Below are positions 58,892-64,000 of a DNA stretch of 64,000 bases, piece by piece. Within the stretch, counting starts at the first letter, position 1, and each line of letters opens with the position of its first letter. Under the pieces are notes generated by a model that saw only the letters and a program-made list of their open reading frames with translations, ran no database searches and was not told the origin of the DNA. Source of the DNA: a bacterium (GTDB lineage Bacteria; Electryoneota; Electryoneia; Electryoneales; Electryoneaceae); NCBI GenBank assembly GCA_963675295.2, contig CAXXKJ010000002.1:1056001-1120000 (forward strand), given 5' to 3'. The translations under genes and the position numbers were made by a program.

Positions 58892-61800
58892 TTATAAAAA
58901 CGCGCTGATTTCCATCCGTCCAACGTGGATCGGTTCGCGGCCTTGGTCGAGGCGGACGGAATAGGTCGCGCGTCCGGTGAGGTGGTCGCCGAGCTGGTAT
59001 TCGGCGCGCAGGTTGCCGCGTCCGTTGCGGCCGGCGGGGCGTCCGTTCGCCAGCTCGTACGGGATCACCGCCAGGTTCGATTCCACCCACAGCGCCTCGA
59101 AATCGCCGGAGATCCGCCCTCGTTCCCGCACGGCGTAGACCACGCCCGGCGTCAGTGACAGTCCGGAAACATCCTCACCCGCCGCGATGTCATGGTCGAG
59201 CAGCCCACCCAGCCGCAATGTCAGCCGCCACGTTGAGTTCGGCCGCCAGCCGAACTGGTTGCTGAGCCGTAGCAGCCGGAAACGGTCGGTAGAGTTTCGA
59301 CGGGCGAGTTGTTTCGTCAGGCGTTCGTAGCTGGCTTCGGTCTCGAGGTCGAACGTGCGGGACAGCGGCATCCGTCCGAGGGCGCTGAGTTCGTCACGTC
59401 CGTACCGTTCCGCTCCGGTCAGGTACAGATTCGCGAGGCGTTTTTCAGCGAGGTACCGGAAGCGCAGGTTACCGTTTCGGGACGATCGGAACAAGTACAC
59501 GTCCTGCCGTAGCGTGAGCCGCCCCTCGACGGTCGAATCGCTCTGGAACGCGCTCAGGTTGAGCAGGTAGATGTCCGCCGGGTTGGGCCAACTGCTGATT
59601 TCCTGCACCTCGAGTTGCGTCACCAGCGAAATGTCTTCCCAGCCGAACCCGTCCTGCCGTCCGACGCCCCCGGGCAGACGGTGCGGCGACCAGTCGAAAT
59701 TGAGCGCCGCCGCGAGGTCGGTGGTCGGCAGGGCGTCGCCGGTGGGTTCGGGCCGGAGGATGATATCGCCGACCTCGGGGTCATAGACGTATTCGTCATC
59801 GACGCGGATGTAATCGCCCTGGCCGGCGGGGACGCTGTACGCGATCAATGCGTTGGGACGGCTGACCGTGCGGCTGAGCTGGTAGTTGAGGTCGCTGGTG
59901 ATCGCCCCGGCGAGCGGAGCGTAGCCCGCGCTTAGCGCCGCGAGGTCGGTGGTGACATCGGCGCTGTCGGCGATGGAGAAGCGTTTTTCGTTGTGGCTGA
60001 ATTCGAGTTGGCTGCGCCACGAGGACGTGGCGGGCCGCCAGTTCCAGATCGCGCCGTAGCCGGAGCTGCGGTAGACTTCGTCGAACCGGTCGGCGGCGGC
60101 TTGCGTGTCACGCCGGCGCTGCTGCACGAAAATCGAGCCGGAGTGTCCGTTGGACTCGAGTAGGCCGAGGGTTGGTCGCACGCGCCAGTAGCGGTGGCCG
60201 ATGTAGATCAGCGAATCGCCGAGGAACGCGTCGTCGCGGTTCTCTTCATACTCGCCGTCAATGCCTGGCGCGACAAGCTCGGCGACACGGTAGACGGCGT
60301 TTCCCCGTGCGCGGGTGATTTCTCCGGATGACACGGCCTGACCGGATGTTTGGGTGCCGGACTCGCTCCACGGGTTGTCGAGGATGCGTTCGACGAACGC
60401 GTTGGCATCGGCAACACGGGATGCCCACGACGCGGACGCGTCCCCACGCAGGCGCTTGTCGCTTTGTTCGAGGTAGGCCGCGCCGGAGCTGACAGTCAGC
60501 TCACGCATCGGGCGGGCGTCGAGGCGGAGTTCGGTCTCGAGCTGATCGTCGGCGTTGTCGGTAGAATCCAGTCCCCAGCGGCGGTTGTATTCGACATCCT
60601 GCGTGCGGCCGAACGGCTGGTACTCGGCGGGTTCGTTACGGACCCGCGCGGTGATCTCCAGCGGCGCGGCGGGCAGGCGATCGCCGCCCTTGCCAAACGG
60701 TGTCGCGCTGAGCCGGACATTCTGTGCGAAACCGGTGTTGTCGTTGTCGTCGCGGGAGGAGAAGGTGTTGGCGTCCACGTCGGACAGGCCGAGGTCGGCG
60801 TGCAACGTGATGTTCTCGTGCTCACCGGCGATCAACGAGAAGGCGGCGTTGCGGCGGCGTTCGGGCAGTGGCAGCGACCGTTTCGCGGCGTACGATCCGT
60901 TCCCCGGTCCAACCCAATTGTATTTGTAGAGGCCGAGCACGGCGTCATACTCGCGCTCGTAGTCGCCGGACCCGCTGCCGACATCGCTGAACGGCACCCG
61001 CCAGTTGCCCTGTGGGTCGCCGTTGTCGTCCGGTTCGACGAAAACGAAGATGTCGTAGGTCTGGTTGTCGGTCCACGTCGTGTCGCGGCGAACGTAATCG
61101 GCCTCACCGTACTCGACCTCCTCGGCGGTGGGCACGAGGATGCGGCCAGTTTGATCGCCGGCGGCCGCCAGCTGGTCGCGGATGCCCGAGGTCATGTCGA
61201 AACCATACGGCCGTTCGCCGTCGTCGCCCTCCTGCGCGAGCATGAAGCTGGCGCGGAAGCGTTCTGCGGGATCACGCCACGTTACCTCACCAGCGTACAG
61301 GTTGCGCGGGTAAGCTTCCGGGCTGTACTCGAAATCGACCTCGATGCGGGACTCGGAGGTAATCGGGCGGCTGGGGGTGAAGGTGATTTCGCCACGCGAG
61401 TAGTCGATCGTGTAGTCGGCGGCGGCACCGCGTTGCATCTGGACGCCGTCCACCCAGACCGTTTCCGACCCGCCGACGACGAGGAAGTCCTGTTCGCCGT
61501 CGCGTCCGACCAGGCGATACGGGCCCTGGATGCCGTCTACGCCGTTAAAGGTGTAGGTATGGAAGACAGCGCGCGTCACCGCTCCGGCGGCGGTGACGGA
61601 TATGTCCGGGCCGTCATAGGACGCGCGTCCACCCTCGAGCCGGCGGTCGATCTCGCCGTAGCGTCCCGCGCCGGTTTCGAGATGGTAATCGCCGAACCGG
61701 CCTTCGGTGCGTCCCGCCTGGATTTCAACGTATACCTGGTCGATCTCATCGAGACGGCGGCTGGTGCCTTCCGGCGCGATCGGCAGGTTGCGGTCGTCGA

Positions 61801-62497
61801 GCAGTGCGTTGACCTCGATGTCCTGCGCCAGCCGTCCCTCGAGCGCCAGCCGGAGGCCGGATTCGAGGCTGACGTCACGCCCAGTCCCCACCTGCACGCC
61901 ACGTGTGATGTGGCCGGACCGTCTCAACGAGGACGCGAACCCGCGTTCCGGCTGCGCGAACGGGTCCCGTTGTGGCAGAGAGACCACCTCCTGCCCGGCG
62001 AGCAACGAATCGACGACGGCGATCGGCAACGGTTGCTGCAGCTGCACCGGCGCGGGCGGTGTCAGCGGCAGGTAGCGGTAGGTGACGATCAGCGTATCTG
62101 CGTCACTGGCCGCCAGTTTCAGGACAGCCGATCCGGGATCGAATTCGTAGTCGTTAACCGGAATGCCGCCAAGCGTGGTGATGGACAGAGTGGCTGGATC
62201 GATGAACCGGTCGGGCAGGTGCACGACGCCGTTGCTGTCAGCGATGACCATCCCGTGGAACAGGCCTGGTGTGACGGTGCTATCCGGGGACACTTTCTCC
62301 GAAAGTGTCCCCGGATAGTACGGTTCTTCTTGTGTCTCGTGTGTCTGCGCAACAGCGATACCCAGGTTGCCAGACAACCCTGGCCACCCACCAGATCCTT
62401 CACACGGTGAAGCTGTGTTCAGGATGACAGCCATCCACGCCACGAGGGCCGGGACGTGAACAAACACGCGCCGCCGTTGTCCACCGAATCGCCTCAC
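58892..62497 (-). CDS. Large putative outer-membrane beta-barrel protein
   Basis: G.ITRG..VG...D..L.SGLRL.L.G, DYTIDY.RGEITF, many amphipathic strands, aromatic near the C-terminus; GTGA overlap with the upstream gene. Confidence 0.8.
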   Translation of the reverse strand: MRRFGGQRRRVFVHVPALVAWMAVILNTASPCEGSGGWPGLSGNLGIAVAQTHETQEEPYYPGTLSEKVSPDSTVTPGLFHGMVIADSNGVVHLPDRFIDPATLSITTLGGIPVNDYEFDPGSAVLKLAASDADTLIVTYRYLPLTPPAPVQLQQPLPIAVVDSLLAGQEVVSLPQRDPFAQPERGFASSLRRSGHITRGVQVGTGRDVSLESGLRLALEGRLAQDIEVNALLDDRNLPIAPEGTSRRLDEIDQVYVEIQAGRTEGRFGDYHLETGAGRYGEIDRRLEGGRASYDGPDISVTAAGAVTRAVFHTYTFNGVDGIQGPYRLVGRDGEQDFLVVGGSETVWVDGVQMQRGAAADYTIDYSRGEITFTPSRPITSESRIEVDFEYSPEAYPRNLYAGEVTWRDPAERFRASFMLAQEGDDGERPYGFDMTSGIRDQLAAAGDQTGRILVPTAEEVEYGEADYVRRDTTWTDNQTYDIFVFVEPDDNGDPQGNWRVPFSDVGSGSGDYEREYDAVLGLYKYNWVGPGNGSYAAKRSLPLPERRRNAAFSLIAGEHENITLHADLGLSDVDANTFSSRDDNDNTGFAQNVRLSATPFGKGGDRLPAAPLEITARVRNEPAEYQPFGRTQDVEYNRRWGLDSTDNADDQLETELRLDARPMRELTVSSGAAYLEQSDKRLRGDASASWASRVADANAFVERILDNPWSESGTQTSGQAVSSGEITRARGNAVYRVAELVAPGIDGEYEENRDDAFLGDSLIYIGHRYWRVRPTLGLLESNGHSGSIFVQQRRRDTQAAADRFDEVYRSSGYGAIWNWRPATSSWRSQLEFSHNEKRFSIADSADVTTDLAALSAGYAPLAGAITSDLNYQLSRTVSRPNALIAYSVPAGQGDYIRVDDEYVYDPEVGDIILRPEPTGDALPTTDLAAALNFDWSPHRLPGGVGRQDGFGWEDISLVTQLEVQEISSWPNPADIYLLNLSAFQSDSTVEGRLTLRQDVYLFRSSRNGNLRFRYLAEKRLANLYLTGAERYGRDELSALGRMPLSRTFDLETEASYERLTKQLARRNSTDRFRLLRLSNQFGWRPNSTWRLTLRLGGLLDHDIAAGEDVSGLSLTPGVVYAVRERGRISGDFEALWVESNLAVIPYELANGRPAGRNGRGNLRAEYQLGDHLTGRATYSVRLDQGREPIHVGRMEISAFL

Positions 62498-63459
62498 GGA
62501 CGGCTCGAGTTGCGTTCAACGGTAAAGCGCCGCACGGTCGTCCCCTGCGCGACGATGAGACGGTCGCCGTCGCACGCGAGGTCGTGAATCGCGCCGTTGC
62601 CGAGATCGGTCGCCGTCCACTTACGGATCGTTTGTCCGCGCGGATCGAGCAGACACAACAGGTCCGGTCCGGCGACGAACAGCGAATCGTTGAGCCAGGT
62701 GACGGTTGTCGGGCCGGGCGTGCCGCCGGTCCACGGCCGTCGTCCGCGTGGCGTGCCGAAACGGTCGAACAGGAAAACGGTCTGTTGCGCGGGGTCCGCG
62801 ACCGCGAGTTTGCCGTCCGGAGCGACAGCTACCCGTCGCGGATCGCCGAAGGACTCGTCCATCTCGCCGAATGAGCCGATCCGTTCGACCAGCCGTCCGG
62901 ACGCATCAATCAGCCACGCTTCCGCGCGATCCTGTTCGATCAGGACGGCGTCCCCGGAAGCAGCGCGTGCGATCGAAACAGGCCGGGAGAAGGGAACGTC
63001 CTGGCCCTGTTCAACGACGCTGTTCCACGGTTCCAGCGGCGCGAGGCGGGTGTCGTACCGGACAATTCGTGCCGCCAATGGATCGCAGGCCCAGATCTCG
63101 AAGCCGGCGCGTGTGATGTCGGTCGCGCCACGGAGGGAGCCATCCCCGAAGCCGAACCCGCCCGCCTCGCCAATGAAGACGCCTCGCCGGTCGAAGCGCA
63201 GCAGCCGCTGGTTGCCGTTTTCGAGCGCGAGGAAACCGGATTCCGGATGAAAGTCGACGGCGATGATCTGCCCGAGTTTCGGTGCCGCGGGTATGCCTGT
63301 CAGATCCGGTAGCAGGGCCAGGTCGATGGATGGGTGCCCCGGGTCATCTTGTGAATCGGGTATCCCGGTTTGCGAGTGCCCGTTTCCCCAAATCAATAGC
63401 AGACCGAAAAATGCCAGCACGGTGAGTGTGCGTAATCGTTGTATGACGTAGGTGCGCAT
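62494..63459 (-). CDS. NHL-repeat beta-propeller protein, exported
   Basis: Signal/TM segment, GGFG...G.L, F.RP.SIA, IG.FG....F..P..VAV..DG...VAD. Confidence 0.85.
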   Translation of the reverse strand: MRTYVIQRLRTLTVLAFFGLLLIWGNGHSQTGIPDSQDDPGHPSIDLALLPDLTGIPAAPKLGQIIAVDFHPESGFLALENGNQRLLRFDRRGVFIGEAGGFGFGDGSLRGATDITRAGFEIWACDPLAARIVRYDTRLAPLEPWNSVVEQGQDVPFSRPVSIARAASGDAVLIEQDRAEAWLIDASGRLVERIGSFGEMDESFGDPRRVAVAPDGKLAVADPAQQTVFLFDRFGTPRGRRPWTGGTPGPTTVTWLNDSLFVAGPDLLCLLDPRGQTIRKWTATDLGNGAIHDLACDGDRLIVAQGTTVRRFTVERNSSRP

Positions 63460-63647
63460 GGGCCGATTGGTGTGAGTGGGTTTCTTTAACGTACAGCCGC
63501 AAGCCCAGTGCAGACAACCGGCGTGTAACGTTCGTGCCCGTGCTTCATCCAAACTGTGAAGCAAGAGTGGTCAGCGTGTGAACTTGCCGGTTGCCTCAGC
63601 CGGTTGGATACGAGTATGTTGACCCCGCGAGTTAAACACGGCTAACG

Positions 63648-64000
63648 ATGAACCCGATCCCTACCCTGACGAGCTGGTTACGTATTCCGGCGGTGCTGCT
63701 GCTTGCGGCGTACCTGCTAGTGACCGGTACGCTCGATCTGCATCACAATCACGGCAGTGTCGATTGTGGTGGGATGGGAGTCTGTGAGTCCGGGCAGGTT
63801 CCGGACGACGCCGGGTTGACGTTGACCGAACCGGGCAACACGGCTCCGTGCCCGGTGTTGCAGTTTACCTTATCCCACGCACCCGGTCCGCCTCCAGCTC
63901 AGGATGCGGTGCGGGTTGTGTATTCCCTCTGTTGCCAGATTGATATCGACGAACCGCTCGTTGCGTCAGTCGTTCTTCCCTCTCCTCGCGCTCCGCCGGT
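63648..64000 (+). CDS. Partial DUF2946/CruR/CutF-like leader protein with RAPP motif
   Basis: Manual translation, absent from the ORF track because it has no stop in the window: signal/TM segment, HHNH, several Cys (CPV), ending ...PSPRAPP. Confidence 0.7.
   Translation, partial: MNPIPTLTSWLRIPAVLLLAAYLLVTGTLDLHHNHGSVDCGGMGVCESGQVPDDAGLTLTEPGNTAPCPVLQFTLSHAPGPPPAQDAVRVVYSLCCQIDIDEPLVASVVLPSPRAPP

Overview
GC-rich bacterial chromosomal window, most consistent with an FCB-group lineage (inferred from gene content only). It is dominated by secreted proteins. Eleven genes end in a T9SS/Por-type C-terminal sorting domain (PNPFN...K..L.K/R), and ten genes share an unannotated ~110-aa Ig-like module, usually just before that signal. 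Housekeeping genes: greA, a ClC channel, tsaE, a System II cytochrome c maturation operon, a long RNase P RNA, recJ, pdxS/pdxT, tRNA-Ser(GCT), gltX, a Trm112-like gene, a PAS-MCP and a low-GC thioredoxin/peroxiredoxin cassette. One intact IS4-family element has 15-bp TIRs and a 9-bp target duplication. Intergenic DNA is rich in heptamer tandem arrays and REP-like hairpins. Best candidates for new biology: (1) two T9SS cargo proteins whose predicted mature N-terminus is Tyr, followed by a single CxxCH and a beta-sandwich, a cytochrome f-like layout; they flank two beta-helix paralogs and lie near an unusual three-gene System II operon. (2) The shared pre-CTD Ig module, with signs of domain swapping and two CTD-less carriers. 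(3) A His/Cys-rich leader ORF ending in the RAPP ribosome-arrest motif at the right edge. All functional calls come from motif recognition by eye; no database searches were run.
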